Both the position numbers and the translations under genes were made by a program. From positions 648,840 to 712,839 of the forward strand of contig CAZNDZ010000001.1 in NCBI GenBank assembly GCA_964572155.1: a stretch of 64,000 nucleotides of DNA. Direction: 5' to 3'. This DNA comes from an uncultured Planctomycetales bacterium. Its GTDB lineage: Bacteria > Omnitrophota > Gorgyraeia > Zapsychrales > Fredricksoniimonadaceae. A model generated the notes under the pieces. That model had not been told where the DNA came from. It saw only the letters and a list, made by a program, of their open reading frames with translations, and made no database searches. Positions 19,775 through 29,855 of this stretch are shown piece after piece (positions within the stretch are counted from its first letter, which is position 1; each line of letters starts with the position of its first letter).

Positions 19775-20586
19775 ATAATTCAGGATCCCCCTCCTGAAGC
19801 AACCTAAAAATAAACTAATCCCCCCGCATAAACAGAAAGAGTAAGTTCATGGGAAGGGATGCGCGTGTTTGTCAAACTGGGTTGACGTATCATGTGATTA
19901 ATCGAGGGAATAATAGGGAAGTAATTTTTGTTGAGCAAGAAGATTATACGCATTATTTAAATACGGTACAAAGATACAAAAAGAAGTATGGTTTTAAACT
20001 GTTTGCATTTTGCTTAATGACCAACCATGTACATATGTTGATAAAGGTTGAGGGAGATGTAAGCATAAGTCGGATTATGCAATCGATCACTATCGCACAT
20101 ACACGCTTTTATAATTATAAATATCAGCGTAGTGGGCATGTTTGGCAAGGACGGTTTATGAGTCCAATTGTGAGCGAGGATGATCATTTGCTGACGGTTA
20201 TGAGATATATCGAACAAAATCCACTACGTGCACGAATGGTTAAAGATGTGGGAGAATATCGATGGAGTAGTTATTTATTGAATGTGCGAGAACAAGAGTC
20301 AAAAATGATTGACCGTGAAGTGAATTTGGTTTTTAATAGATTGGGCGTTGATGTAAAAGCGAGGATCAAGCGCTATCGAGAGGGAATGCAAGAGGATATT
20401 AAAAAGAAAGAGCTTGAGGCGATACAGACAACTACGAGAAAAAGTGGTAATTATGTATCAAGTTTGTTTCAGGAGCAATTTAATAAATTGTTACCAAATA
20501 AAAAGAAACGAGGTCGTCCGAAGAAGGTTGAATTAATTGTAAATATCTGAAATTAATTAGTTTCTGAGAAACGACACTATTTATTC
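19725..20586 (+). mobile_element. RAYT element 2 bounded by 22-bp perfect inverted repeats
   Basis: GAATAAATAGTGTCGTTTCTCA (19725-19746) / TGAGAAACGACACTATTTATTC (20565-20586). Confidence 0.8.
19849..20550 (+). CDS. REP-associated tyrosine (HUH Y1) transposase
   Basis: YHVINRGNN, FCLMTNHVHM, GHVWQGRF, YIEQNPLRA, YRWSSY; C-terminal RGRP AT-hook. Confidence 0.93.
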   Translation: MGRDARVCQTGLTYHVINRGNNREVIFVEQEDYTHYLNTVQRYKKKYGFKLFAFCLMTNHVHMLIKVEGDVSISRIMQSITIAHTRFYNYKYQRSGHVWQGRFMSPIVSEDDHLLTVMRYIEQNPLRARMVKDVGEYRWSSYLLNVREQESKMIDREVNLVFNRLGVDVKARIKRYREGMQEDIKKKELEAIQTTTRKSGNYVSSLFQEQFNKLLPNKKKRGRPKKVELIVNI

Positions 20587-20826
20587 GAGGAATAATTGAG
20601 TATTCTTAAAATACTAGCAATTTTAACCCCCCAGTGAATTAATTATAAGTTCTTTTGATTGAACGCTTTGTGAGAAACGACACTATTTATTTATGTATCA
20701 AGTTTGTTTCAGGAGCAATTTAATAAATTGTTACCAAATAAAAAGAAACGAGGTCGTCCGAAGAAGGTTGAATTAATTGTAAATATCTGAAATTAATTAG
20801 TTTCTGAGAAACGACACTATTTATTC
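20451..20826 (+). repeat. 136-bp exact direct duplication (20451-20586 = 20691-20826) with extra GAGAAACGACACTATTTATT copies
   Basis: Direct sequence comparison; motif copies start at 20566, 20672, 20806, 20829. Confidence 0.9.
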
Positions 20827-20937
20827 TAGAGAAACGACACTATTTATTCTATTTATTTCAATGTGTCCCAATATTTTTTGTTTCTAAATAGAGATTGATA
20901 AAGAAGTTAAAAGACGAAATAAGGTGGGAGGGTATTG

Positions 20938-22089
20938 ATGAGAATTTTTAGATGGTTTTTATTCGTATCTTTTGTTGTAGTGGCATCAGGGTGTGCATCA
21001 ACGATGAGTGCGGTAAAGAGTAATGCTAGCTTTTCTAAGTATAAGAAAGTATATGTTTTGAATTTTAAGGATGATCCAAGGAAAGTTATACCTAAAGTTG
21101 TAAATCAATTTAAGAAATTAGGTCTTGAGGTTGTCTTAACTAAAGAGGGTGAACCTGTTGGGGGGACGCAAGGAACCGGCTATATTATCAATGCTGACGG
21201 ATATGTCTTAACAGCAGCGCATGTTTTGAATCATGAGAAGACAGTTACGGTTTGGGTAAATAAAGTGCAATATGAAGCAGAAGTTATTTATAAAGAAGAG
21301 GATGATAAAGAAGAGGATTCTGTCGATAATAATCATTTAAGTCTTCAGAAATCGTTAGAGAAGTCATTAAACTCAAAGAATAATCAGTCTATTGCTGAAT
21401 TTGTTAATAATCGTGATCTAGCATTATTGAAGATTATATCTGATAAAAAAGATTTTCCTACTTTGGTTTTTTCTAAGTCTCCCGCATATGTTATGGGGCA
21501 ACAAATATATACTTTAGGTTTTCCTTTAAGCAATATTCTTGGGGATACACCACGGTTAAACCAAGGGGTCATAAGTTCTGCAGTTGGGATTAAAGACAAT
21601 GATAAATTTATTCAAATTTCTGCTGAAGTGCAGCCAGGAAACAGCGGAGGGCCATTGTTATCGCAAGATGGGAAGGTTACAGGAATGATTGTGATGTCAT
21701 TAAGACAGGGTCAAAATATAAATTTTGCTCTTAAAAGCGAGCATTTAAAAGAGTTTATTAATAATGCGAACAAAAAAGCTAAAATAGGGCTTAATTTAAA
21801 CTATTCTGATAAGTCTTCTTTAGAAAACGTTCAAGAGGCGCTAGTTCAAATTCGTTCTGGAAGAATTTCTCCTGAGTTCAAAAAAGAGCCAAAGCTTGTT
21901 TGTTCGTTCCGTTATGAATATTTGTGGGATATGTGGAATCGATTTGCTTTATTTGATCTATCTTTGTTTGATTGGGATACGGACGAGATCCTATTGCGTG
22001 CTGGTCAATATGGTGATAATCCAATGACGAATGAAAATAGCACCATTGATAATGTTTTTAGAGAAATAAAGAATAAGTTAAATTTGTAG
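20938..22089 (+). CDS. Lipoprotein with trypsin-like (S1C) serine protease domain
   Basis: Lipobox VASGC; triad TAAHV / RDLALL / PGNSGGP. Confidence 0.85.
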   Translation: MRIFRWFLFVSFVVVASGCASTMSAVKSNASFSKYKKVYVLNFKDDPRKVIPKVVNQFKKLGLEVVLTKEGEPVGGTQGTGYIINADGYVLTAAHVLNHEKTVTVWVNKVQYEAEVIYKEEDDKEEDSVDNNHLSLQKSLEKSLNSKNNQSIAEFVNNRDLALLKIISDKKDFPTLVFSKSPAYVMGQQIYTLGFPLSNILGDTPRLNQGVISSAVGIKDNDKFIQISAEVQPGNSGGPLLSQDGKVTGMIVMSLRQGQNINFALKSEHLKEFINNANKKAKIGLNLNYSDKSSLENVQEALVQIRSGRISPEFKKEPKLVCSFRYEYLWDMWNRFALFDLSLFDWDTDEILLRAGQYGDNPMTNENSTIDNVFREIKNKLNL

Positions 22090-22107
22090 AAAAGAGGGAA
22101 ATGGCCA

Positions 22108-22135
22108 AATAAATAGTGTCTGCGCGCTATTTATT
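22108..22135. repeat. REP-like hairpin
   Basis: AATAAATAG-tgtctgcgcg-CTATTTATT; ATAAATAGTGTC is inverted at 23168-23179. Confidence 0.7.
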
Positions 22136-22193
22136 GTAAAATGCTAATAACATTTTTATAGAAATTGTTATTAACAAATGTTATACTTTTACG

Positions 22194-23162
22194 ATGAAAC
22201 CTCCATTTGATATTACTCCTAGGATTTTGAATTTAACGGCTGGAATCAGCGCTATGATTGGGCGTCTTGAGGCTTCTCGTTTGAAAATTCCTCTCGTTGA
22301 TCTTAGGCGTCAGGTAGATGCGTCCTCAATACATTCTAGTTGTATTATCGAGGGTAATACATTAACACTAGATCAAGTGACAGATGTTATTAATGGAAAA
22401 CGTGTTCTTGGGCCTAAGAAAGATATTCTTGAGATTAAGAATGCGCATAAACTTTATAGCAAGATCAATGAGTTTAACCCTTTAAATGAAAAAGATCTTT
22501 TACAAGCTCATAAAATTCTTATGGAAGGGTTGGTTGACAGACCTGGAAAAATACGAGGTACGGGTGTTGTAGTAGCGGCACAAGGTAAGGTGGTTCATAC
22601 TGCACCACCACACCAGAGAGTTGCAGGATTGATATCGCAGCTTTTTAACTTTATTGCTGAATCAAAAGATCTACATGTTTTGATTACTTCGAGCATTTTT
22701 CATTATGAATTTGAATTTATTCATCCTTTTGAAGATGGTAATGGTCGTATGGGAAGATTTTGGCAGACTTTAATGTTAAGACAAAGTAGATTGGCATATA
22801 ACCTTGTTCCCATTGAAACGGCCATTAAACAACATCAATCCGAGTATTATCAAGCAATTGCTCAATCCAACAAAGATGGTAAATCAACATTCTTTGTTGA
22901 GTTTATGCTCGGAATAATTCTGGAGGCTGTTTTAGATTTAGAAAAACTTGTATCTGGTCGGGCTAAACCAAAAGATCGAATAGCATACATGATGAAAAAC
23001 TGTCCTTTAGAATTTACACGACAAGAATATATAGAAATCATGGGAGATATTGAAGTGCACACGGCATCAAGAGATTTGAATCAAGCCGTAAAATTAGGAT
23101 TACTGAAAATGAAGGGTAGTCGAGCTACAGCAGTCTATAGAAAAATTAGAAATACCGCATAA
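22194..23162 (+). CDS. Fic-domain protein with C-terminal HTH
   Basis: HPFEDGNGRMGR Fic motif; S..IEGNTLT; C-terminal TASRDL..(wHTH). Confidence 0.92.
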   Translation: MKPPFDITPRILNLTAGISAMIGRLEASRLKIPLVDLRRQVDASSIHSSCIIEGNTLTLDQVTDVINGKRVLGPKKDILEIKNAHKLYSKINEFNPLNEKDLLQAHKILMEGLVDRPGKIRGTGVVVAAQGKVVHTAPPHQRVAGLISQLFNFIAESKDLHVLITSSIFHYEFEFIHPFEDGNGRMGRFWQTLMLRQSRLAYNLVPIETAIKQHQSEYYQAIAQSNKDGKSTFFVEFMLGIILEAVLDLEKLVSGRAKPKDRIAYMMKNCPLEFTRQEYIEIMGDIEVHTASRDLNQAVKLGLLKMKGSRATAVYRKIRNTA

Positions 23163-23289
23163 ACACTGACACTATTTATATTTTCATTGTCGTTTTTAAA
23201 TAGTTTTGAAACCTCTTCCTTATAACTTCATATATTTATATAATCTAAGAAGCTTTGATGTATATAAATTAACCAAAGAGTGACTTTTT

Positions 23290-23775
23290 ATGCAATGGAT
23301 GATGCGTGTCATTTTTGTATTAGAGAAGGTGTTTATCCTAGTGGCGGTAGCTTTGGTTGTTTATGCGGTGATTTATTTGAATAAGCCGGTTGCATTGCCA
23401 GTGGTTTTAACACAGACAGCAAGTGTTGATGTTTCATCGACGGACAATGTAGTAGAAATGGCGTTGGTTTCTAGTGCTGATGTGGGGGTGGTTGAGCCGC
23501 AGCGGGATTTGTTTGATGCCGCAGGTGCGCCAGCGGATTTGGGCGTCAATAATGCGGCGATGTCTAATATGTTGCCGGCAAATTTTAAGGTGGTGGGGAT
23601 CATCATCGGACAGTCATCTCAAATTGCCATCGAAGACACCGCATCGCATCAGACCTACATCATTGCCAAGGGTAGTCAAGAACAAGGCATTGAGGTCATG
23701 GATATTCATCGGGATCAGGCATTGTTAAAATATCAGGGGCAGGCGATCACCTTGCCATTACAATTAAAACAATGA
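23290..23775 (+). CDS. Type II secretion GspC/PilP-like protein
   Basis: TM, RDLF motif, VVGII...IAIED HR domain; first gene of T2SS cluster. Confidence 0.6.
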   Translation: MQWMMRVIFVLEKVFILVAVALVVYAVIYLNKPVALPVVLTQTASVDVSSTDNVVEMALVSSADVGVVEPQRDLFDAAGAPADLGVNNAAMSNMLPANFKVVGIIIGQSSQIAIEDTASHQTYIIAKGSQEQGIEVMDIHRDQALLKYQGQAITLPLQLKQ

Positions 23776-25472
23776 TAAAAATCTTTTATCTCATCTTGTC
23801 GGTTTTTTTCGCGCTTGGGCCCGCCATTGCGCAAGAAGCAGACGTTCCCGTCGTTGCTTCCAAACAAATGCTAGATGTTTTAGAACTCAAAGATATGGAT
23901 ATCAATGATGTTTTTAAGCTCATCTCATCTAAGACGGGCATTAATATCATCGCTGGAAAAAATGTCCAAGGGCGTGTGACGATTTATCTGAAAGATGTGG
24001 AAGTGCATGACGCATTGCATATTATTCTAGAAGCCAACGACTTGGCGTATATGGAAAGTCGCGGGATCATGCAAATTGTGCAAGCGGCAGATTTTGAACG
24101 CATGTTTGGTTACAAGTTTGGACAAACCACAGTGCGCAAAGTCGTGGCCTTAAAAGGCATGAATGCAACAGACGCGGCGGTATTATTAGCAAATTTCAAA
24201 AGCACGTCGGGAAAAGTCATTGCGGATGAGCAATCAAACTCACTGGTCATCGAGGAACAGCCTGCCAATTTAAGGAGCATGGAAGATTTCTTAAGTACGA
24301 TAGATGTGCCGGCTCAAACCAAAGCGTTTGAGCTTATGTTTGTGCAAGCCGATGCCATCACCGCGCGCATCGCCGAAATTTTAACACCAAAAGTTGGCAC
24401 CATCCGTTTTGACGCGCAATCTAATAAAATTTTTGTTAAAGATACAGAAGCAAAACTAAAAGACGTGGCAAATTTATTGCAGATGTTAGATGTGCCACGG
24501 CGCACGCAGGTTTTCGAATTAAGCTATATGAAAGCGGAAGACATGGTCAAGGCGATCACGTCGCTGTTAACCAAGGACATTGGTCACGCGGAGGTTGATG
24601 TCAAAGGTAACAAGTTGGTGGTAACAGACATCGCGCCTAAGATTGTTGAGATTACGAGGGTCATCGACGCGCTTGATAAAAAAGATCAACAGGTTCTGAT
24701 TGAGGCAAGGATTGTGCAGGTTTCGTTGACGGATAAGACCAAGCTTGGCATCAATTGGGACGCGGTGATTAATAAATGGCATGACACGCGCATGACCAAT
24801 GATTTTGGATTAGGTGATGCGGTTAATCCCAAAGGGGTGTTAAGCATTGGCACCATCGATAATGACCAATATAGTTTTGTGATGGAGGCGTTAAATTCTT
24901 CTGGGAAAACACGCCTATTATCAAACCCCAGCATCGCGGTTGTCAATAATCAGGAAGCGAAGATTTTGGTTGGGACCACCAAGCCTTATGTGACGACAAC
25001 CACCACAACCCCGTCATCCGGGCCAACGAGCATATCAGAAGCGGTGACATTCATTGACGTGGGTGTCAAGTTGACGGTCACTCCGACAATTCATAAAGAT
25101 GGTTATATCACCATGAAGATAAAGCCAGAGGTGTCTTCCGCTACATCGTCCTTGGTTACAGGTTCTAAGAATGAAATCCCCATTGTTGATACGTCGACTG
25201 TTGATACAACCATCCGCGTCATGGATGGGGTAACAATTGTTTTAGGCGGCCTTATCAAAGATGAGCGGTCAGCGAATAATAGTCAAGTGCCTGTGCTTGG
25301 TAAAATACCTCTGGTAGGTGCTGCTTTTCGCCAAAAAAGTGATTCCATAGAAAAGACTGAGATCATGGTCTTTTTAACGCCCCGCATCATTACGGGGGAT
25401 ATTCAAGCCAATGATAAGAATCCTAAGCTGATCAAAGGCGATAAAGTGTATTCCGACCATCCAATCGAGTAA
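23772..25472 (+). CDS. gspD: Secretin (GspD/PilQ family)
   Basis: N-domain repeats, QVLIEARIV, LSNP, DVGVKL.VTP, VPVLGKIPLVGAAFR. Confidence 0.9.
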   Translation: MIKIFYLILSVFFALGPAIAQEADVPVVASKQMLDVLELKDMDINDVFKLISSKTGINIIAGKNVQGRVTIYLKDVEVHDALHIILEANDLAYMESRGIMQIVQAADFERMFGYKFGQTTVRKVVALKGMNATDAAVLLANFKSTSGKVIADEQSNSLVIEEQPANLRSMEDFLSTIDVPAQTKAFELMFVQADAITARIAEILTPKVGTIRFDAQSNKIFVKDTEAKLKDVANLLQMLDVPRRTQVFELSYMKAEDMVKAITSLLTKDIGHAEVDVKGNKLVVTDIAPKIVEITRVIDALDKKDQQVLIEARIVQVSLTDKTKLGINWDAVINKWHDTRMTNDFGLGDAVNPKGVLSIGTIDNDQYSFVMEALNSSGKTRLLSNPSIAVVNNQEAKILVGTTKPYVTTTTTTPSSGPTSISEAVTFIDVGVKLTVTPTIHKDGYITMKIKPEVSSATSSLVTGSKNEIPIVDTSTVDTTIRVMDGVTIVLGGLIKDERSANNSQVPVLGKIPLVGAAFRQKSDSIEKTEIMVFLTPRIITGDIQANDKNPKLIKGDKVYSDHPIE

Positions 25473-25481
25473 GGACAAAAC

Positions 25482-27167
25482 GTGCGTTGGCAAAAGAGAT
25501 CGCTGTTGGGACAATTTCTTTTAAATCAAGGGGCTGTTGCCCAAGAACAGCTCGATGCCGCGCTTGATGAACAAAAACGCACAAAAGAGCTTTTAGGGCA
25601 GATCCTCCTGCGTAAAGGTTATATTAGCGACGAGCAAGTCATCCTAACCTGCCTGTCAGATCAATTGCACATCGAAACAATCAGCTTAAAACAAATCACC
25701 CCAGATGCCAATGCTTTAGCGCGACTACCAGCCAAAGCCGCGAATTATTATAAAGTTTTTCCCATTAACATGAGCAATGGTGTTCTTAAAGTGGCCGTGC
25801 ATGATCCTCTGGATTTAAGGGTCTTGGATGATTTAAATCTCATGGCCCGTTGTCCGGTGGTCACAGTCTTGGCATCACAAAAAGAAATCATTGAGGCCAT
25901 CCGTGAACATTATGGCTTAGGCGCTGAGACCATTGAGCAAATGATGGGCACCACAGCCCAAATGTCCAATGAACAAGAAGTCACCGTCATTGATGAGGCT
26001 GATTCCGACGCGTCCATTAGCCGTTTCTTAAATCAAATTCTGTTGCAAGCTTATAAAGATCACGCCACCGACGTGCACATCGAGCCTTTTGAAGAATCCT
26101 TGCGCATCCGATACCGCATCGACGGGGTTTTATATGACGCTGGTATCCCATCTAACTTGAAGTATTTTGCTGATGTGTTAATCACGCGTGTCAAAGTCTT
26201 AGCCAATTTAAATATTGCTCAGAAACGTTTGCCGCAAGACGGCCGTTTTAAAGTGAAGGTGGCGGACATTGAATTGGATTTGCGGGTGTCGTTTTTACCG
26301 ACGTCCTATGGTGAAAGTGTTGTGATCCGTATTTTAAATTCAGTTAAGCTCTTGAGTTTAGAAGAATTGGGTTTTGGCCCGGCTCATCGTGAAACCATCA
26401 AGCAATTATTGGAAACACCGCATGGCATTATTTTTGTGACAGGTCCGACGGGAAGCGGGAAAACAACCACGCTCTATGCCTGCTTGTCAGCGATCAACAG
26501 CGAAGAAACAAAAATCATCACGATCGAAGACCCCATTGAATATCAACTTAAAGGCATTGTTCAAGTTCAGGCTTTCACGCAGATCGGTTTAACCTTTGCA
26601 TCAATCTTGCGCTCAGTCTTGCGTAATGATCCGGATGTGATCATGGTCGGTGAAGTTCGCGACGCAGAAACCGCGCAGATCACCATTCAAACCGCCCTGA
26701 CGGGCCATTTGGTATTTTCAACCTTGCACACCAATGATGCAGCCTCCGCCGTGACCCGCTTGTTGGACATGGGCATCGAGCCGTATCTGATCGCATCTTC
26801 CGTCGAGTGCTTTGTTGCCCAACGCTTGGTGAGAACCTTGTGCCCACATTGCAAACAGAAAGTACCATTAACACAGGATATCGCCGCAGAGTTTGGCATA
26901 AAAGCCATTGAGCCATCCGCTGTTGTCTATAAAGCCAATGGCTGTAAACATTGCCGCATGACAGGGTATGTGGGGCGAGAAATCATTTGTGAGACTTTAA
27001 AGATGAATGATGAGATCCGTGCATTGATCATGAAGCAGGCAACTGCTCAAGAGATTTTACAAAAAGCAACGATGCAAGGGATGCAGACGATGCGCGCTCA
27101 TGGTTTAAGTAAAATCTTAGCAGGCATCACCACAACAGCAGAAGTGCTGCAAGCAACTCAAGAATAG
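25482..27167 (+). CDS. gspE: Type II secretion ATPase GspE/PilB
   Basis: MshEN-like N-terminus, GPTGSGKTTTL, TIEDPIE, RNDPDVIMVGEVRD, Zn Cys motifs. Confidence 0.93.
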   Translation: MRWQKRSLLGQFLLNQGAVAQEQLDAALDEQKRTKELLGQILLRKGYISDEQVILTCLSDQLHIETISLKQITPDANALARLPAKAANYYKVFPINMSNGVLKVAVHDPLDLRVLDDLNLMARCPVVTVLASQKEIIEAIREHYGLGAETIEQMMGTTAQMSNEQEVTVIDEADSDASISRFLNQILLQAYKDHATDVHIEPFEESLRIRYRIDGVLYDAGIPSNLKYFADVLITRVKVLANLNIAQKRLPQDGRFKVKVADIELDLRVSFLPTSYGESVVIRILNSVKLLSLEELGFGPAHRETIKQLLETPHGIIFVTGPTGSGKTTTLYACLSAINSEETKIITIEDPIEYQLKGIVQVQAFTQIGLTFASILRSVLRNDPDVIMVGEVRDAETAQITIQTALTGHLVFSTLHTNDAASAVTRLLDMGIEPYLIASSVECFVAQRLVRTLCPHCKQKVPLTQDIAAEFGIKAIEPSAVVYKANGCKHCRMTGYVGREIICETLKMNDEIRALIMKQATAQEILQKATMQGMQTMRAHGLSKILAGITTTAEVLQATQE

Positions 27168-27179
27168 GGGCGTAGTTTC

Positions 27180-28388
27180 ATGCCAACATTTGCATACAAG
27201 GCAAAAAACTCCGGATCGTCGGTGATTGAAGGTGTTATCACGGCGGACAATCAACAATCTGCGGTGACAAAGATTTTGGAGCTGGGTCAAACACCCATCC
27301 TTGTTGAGCTTACGACGAGTAAGAATCGTGTAAAGCCATTGATGGTGCGTTCTAACGTATCAATCACAGCATTGGCGTATTTCTCTAAGTCATTAGCAGA
27401 CCTCTTAGAAGCAGGTGTGCCGTTGGTGAGGGCATTGGAATTATTGGGCAAACAGCGCATCGCGCCTGTTTTGAAAAACGCGTTAGGGCAGATTGCGACG
27501 GCGGTCAGGGATGGTTCTAGTTTATCTAAATCCTTAGAGTCTTATCCGGATATTTTTAATAAATTATATGTGAGTATGATTCGATCGTCGGAAGCGGCGG
27601 GTAATTTGACGCGGGCATTGGTTATGTTGGGGCAGAACTTGGACAAAGAGGTGGTGATTCAAAATCGTATCCGTTTGGCGTTGATGTATCCCATGATCAT
27701 TTTAAGCGTTGGTATTGCGTCGATCATTGTGTTGCTTACCTTTGTGTTGCCCAAGTTAACCGTGATGTTCGATGATTTTGGTGCAGACTTGCCTTTGCCA
27801 ACGCAGATGGTTGTGGCATTAAGTCATTTCGTGACCCATGATGGTTGGATCGTGGCATTATTATTCGCGGCCGCGACGGGCTATTTTTTAAAATACCGCA
27901 CAACCCCTCAGGGACAACAACAGTTAAGCGCGATCGTGTTGCGCATTCCGGTGATCAGTGATTTCTTAAAAGCCATATCAATTGCACGCTATACCCGCAC
28001 GGTGGCCATCCTTTTAGAAAGCGGTGTGCCCATCACAACGGCATTAGAATCAAGCATCATGGTTTTAGATAATGCGGTGTTCATTGAGCAAGCAAAACAT
28101 ATTGCAAATCAAGTGCGCATGGGCACAAGCTTGTCCGTGGCAGTTCGTTCCGCCGCTGTTTTTGGTGATTTAACTGCAAACTTGATTGCGGTCGGTGAGC
28201 AGGGTGGAAAACTTGAAAGCAATTTATTTAAAATAGCCGCGATCCATGAAGAGCAAAGTCAACACATGACGGAAAACACCTTAAATGTTTTGGGTCCCGT
28301 GGTGTTGATCTGTGTGGTCACTGTTGTTGGGGCGATGATGTTTGCGATCATTTTACCGTTAATCAAAATGAATATGATAATCAAATAG
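27180..28388 (+). CDS. gspF: Type II secretion inner-membrane platform GspF/PilC
   Basis: MPTFAYKA, LLEAGVPL, ALMYP, GEQGGKL. Confidence 0.92.
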   Translation: MPTFAYKAKNSGSSVIEGVITADNQQSAVTKILELGQTPILVELTTSKNRVKPLMVRSNVSITALAYFSKSLADLLEAGVPLVRALELLGKQRIAPVLKNALGQIATAVRDGSSLSKSLESYPDIFNKLYVSMIRSSEAAGNLTRALVMLGQNLDKEVVIQNRIRLALMYPMIILSVGIASIIVLLTFVLPKLTVMFDDFGADLPLPTQMVVALSHFVTHDGWIVALLFAAATGYFLKYRTTPQGQQQLSAIVLRIPVISDFLKAISIARYTRTVAILLESGVPITTALESSIMVLDNAVFIEQAKHIANQVRMGTSLSVAVRSAAVFGDLTANLIAVGEQGGKLESNLFKIAAIHEEQSQHMTENTLNVLGPVVLICVVTVVGAMMFAIILPLIKMNMIIK

Positions 28389-28401
28389 GTAAGGAGAATT
28401 T

Positions 28402-28830
28402 ATGAAAGAACGTGCCTTTACGATGATCGAGATTTTATTGGTGGTCATCATGATCAGTGTGCTGGCGGCCATGGTGGTGCCAAATCTGACGGGACGGACA
28501 GATCAAGCTAAGTTGGTCGCGGCGCAAACCGACGTGGAAACCAATTTGCCTGCGGTGCTTGACCTTTATAAGATGGATAATGGTGTTTTTCCAACAACAG
28601 AACAAGGGTTGGCCGCGTTATTAACAGCGCCCGTCACAACCCCAGCCCCAGAACATTGGAATGGCCCCTACATTAAGAAAAAGAAAATGCCGCAAGATCC
28701 TTGGGGTCGGCCCTACGCGTACGTTAATCCAGGCGTGCATAATAAAGAAAGTTATGATTTGTCATCTTTCGGTGCCGACGGTATTGAAAGCAAAGATGAC
28801 ATTGTCAATTGGTTGAGCGTAAAGCCATGA
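28402..28830 (+). CDS. gspG: Major pseudopilin GspG
   Basis: AFTMIEILLV, YKMDNG.FPTTEQGL.AL, WNGPY, DPWGRPY, GADG. Confidence 0.95.
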   Translation: MKERAFTMIEILLVVIMISVLAAMVVPNLTGRTDQAKLVAAQTDVETNLPAVLDLYKMDNGVFPTTEQGLAALLTAPVTTPAPEHWNGPYIKKKKMPQDPWGRPYAYVNPGVHNKESYDLSSFGADGIESKDDIVNWLSVKP

Positions 28831-29237
28831 TGCATGTTAACCGAGGATCCTTGATCCTTGAAGCTGTCATTGCTGTTGTGGTGATGGCCATTGGCCTTAC
28901 AACATTGATGCAAGCTTTAATGAACAATGCCAATGTTGTCAACAGCGCCCAAGAGTATGGCCGTGCGTGGTTGATCATTAATGAAAAACTTCAAGAGAAG
29001 GTCTTCTTTGATAAGACCAATATCTCGCTCGAAAATCAAGCGGTTGATGCGGCATTACCTCGCGTGAAATACGACCAAACATTCAAAACCTTAACACAAG
29101 AGCCTTGGATTGGTTTAAAGCAATTGGATTTATCCTTGCATTGGGCCAATAACGCCAATACACGCAGTCTTAGCATAAGGACCATCTTGCCCAATGATGA
29201 TACGCAACAAACAAAACAAAGCCTTTTCTACAATTAA
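28827..29237 (+). CDS. Minor pseudopilin (GspI/H-like)
   Basis: RG|SLILEAVIA prepilin motif. Confidence 0.7.
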   Translation: MMHVNRGSLILEAVIAVVVMAIGLTTLMQALMNNANVVNSAQEYGRAWLIINEKLQEKVFFDKTNISLENQAVDAALPRVKYDQTFKTLTQEPWIGLKQLDLSLHWANNANTRSLSIRTILPNDDTQQTKQSLFYN

Positions 29238-29853
29238 CGTCGATCAACATGGGTTTACGCTCCTTGAAATGCTCTTAGGGGTCGTTATTACGGCGTTGGT
29301 GGGTTTTAGTTTATTTCAGATCTTTGCCAATGGCATGAACACTTATCAGCGGGCGCAATTGACAGCGAAAGTGTATTTGCAAATGTACAAAGTCTTTGAC
29401 GCGCTGGATGCCGATATCGCGGCGATCATCACGTTTGATTACAGAGCGGTGGATCCGCAATGGAAAAGTTTTCATGGTAATGCAACGTCGATGCATTTTG
29501 TTAGGAAAGCGAAGGATGGGTTACAGATGGTGTCTTACGCCGTTTATGATGACAAAAGCCGAGGCGATGAAGTCAGACGCAAGATCAACCCCTTAGTTGA
29601 CGTGCTTGCAAAGCAAACAAAGGATGTTGCTGGGGATGTTGTTGCGAAATATATACAGGATGATGGCTTTACATTAACGTATGCGCAGGCAGAGCCAGAG
29701 TCAGTCAATGGCAAGGTCAAGATACGTTGGCAAAACAGTTGGGAAGAGGAGCATCTTCCCATTGCGATTGCGGTAAAGATACGCTTTAAGCCTAATCAAG
29801 AAAAACAAGCACCGGTTGAGTTTAGCCGTATTTTTTATTTAGAAAATCGGTAA
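29194..29853 (+). CDS. gspJ: Minor pseudopilin GspJ-like
   Basis: G|FTLLEMLL; C-terminal W...W....LP.A..V. Confidence 0.75.
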   Translation: MMIRNKQNKAFSTINVDQHGFTLLEMLLGVVITALVGFSLFQIFANGMNTYQRAQLTAKVYLQMYKVFDALDADIAAIITFDYRAVDPQWKSFHGNATSMHFVRKAKDGLQMVSYAVYDDKSRGDEVRRKINPLVDVLAKQTKDVAGDVVAKYIQDDGFTLTYAQAEPESVNGKVKIRWQNSWEEEHLPIAIAVKIRFKPNQEKQAPVEFSRIFYLENR

Positions 29854-29855
29854 GA

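Noticed and set aside
20565-20848. CRISPR array from repeated GAGAAACGACACTATTTATT
   Set aside because: Spacing is irregular (106, 134, 23 bp), one spacer duplicates the transposase end, an inverted copy lies upstream, and there are no cas genes.
16279-23180. Classical integron cassette array
   Set aside because: No tyrosine integrase and no recognisable RYYYAAC...GTTRRRY attC sites; the boundaries are REP-like repeats.
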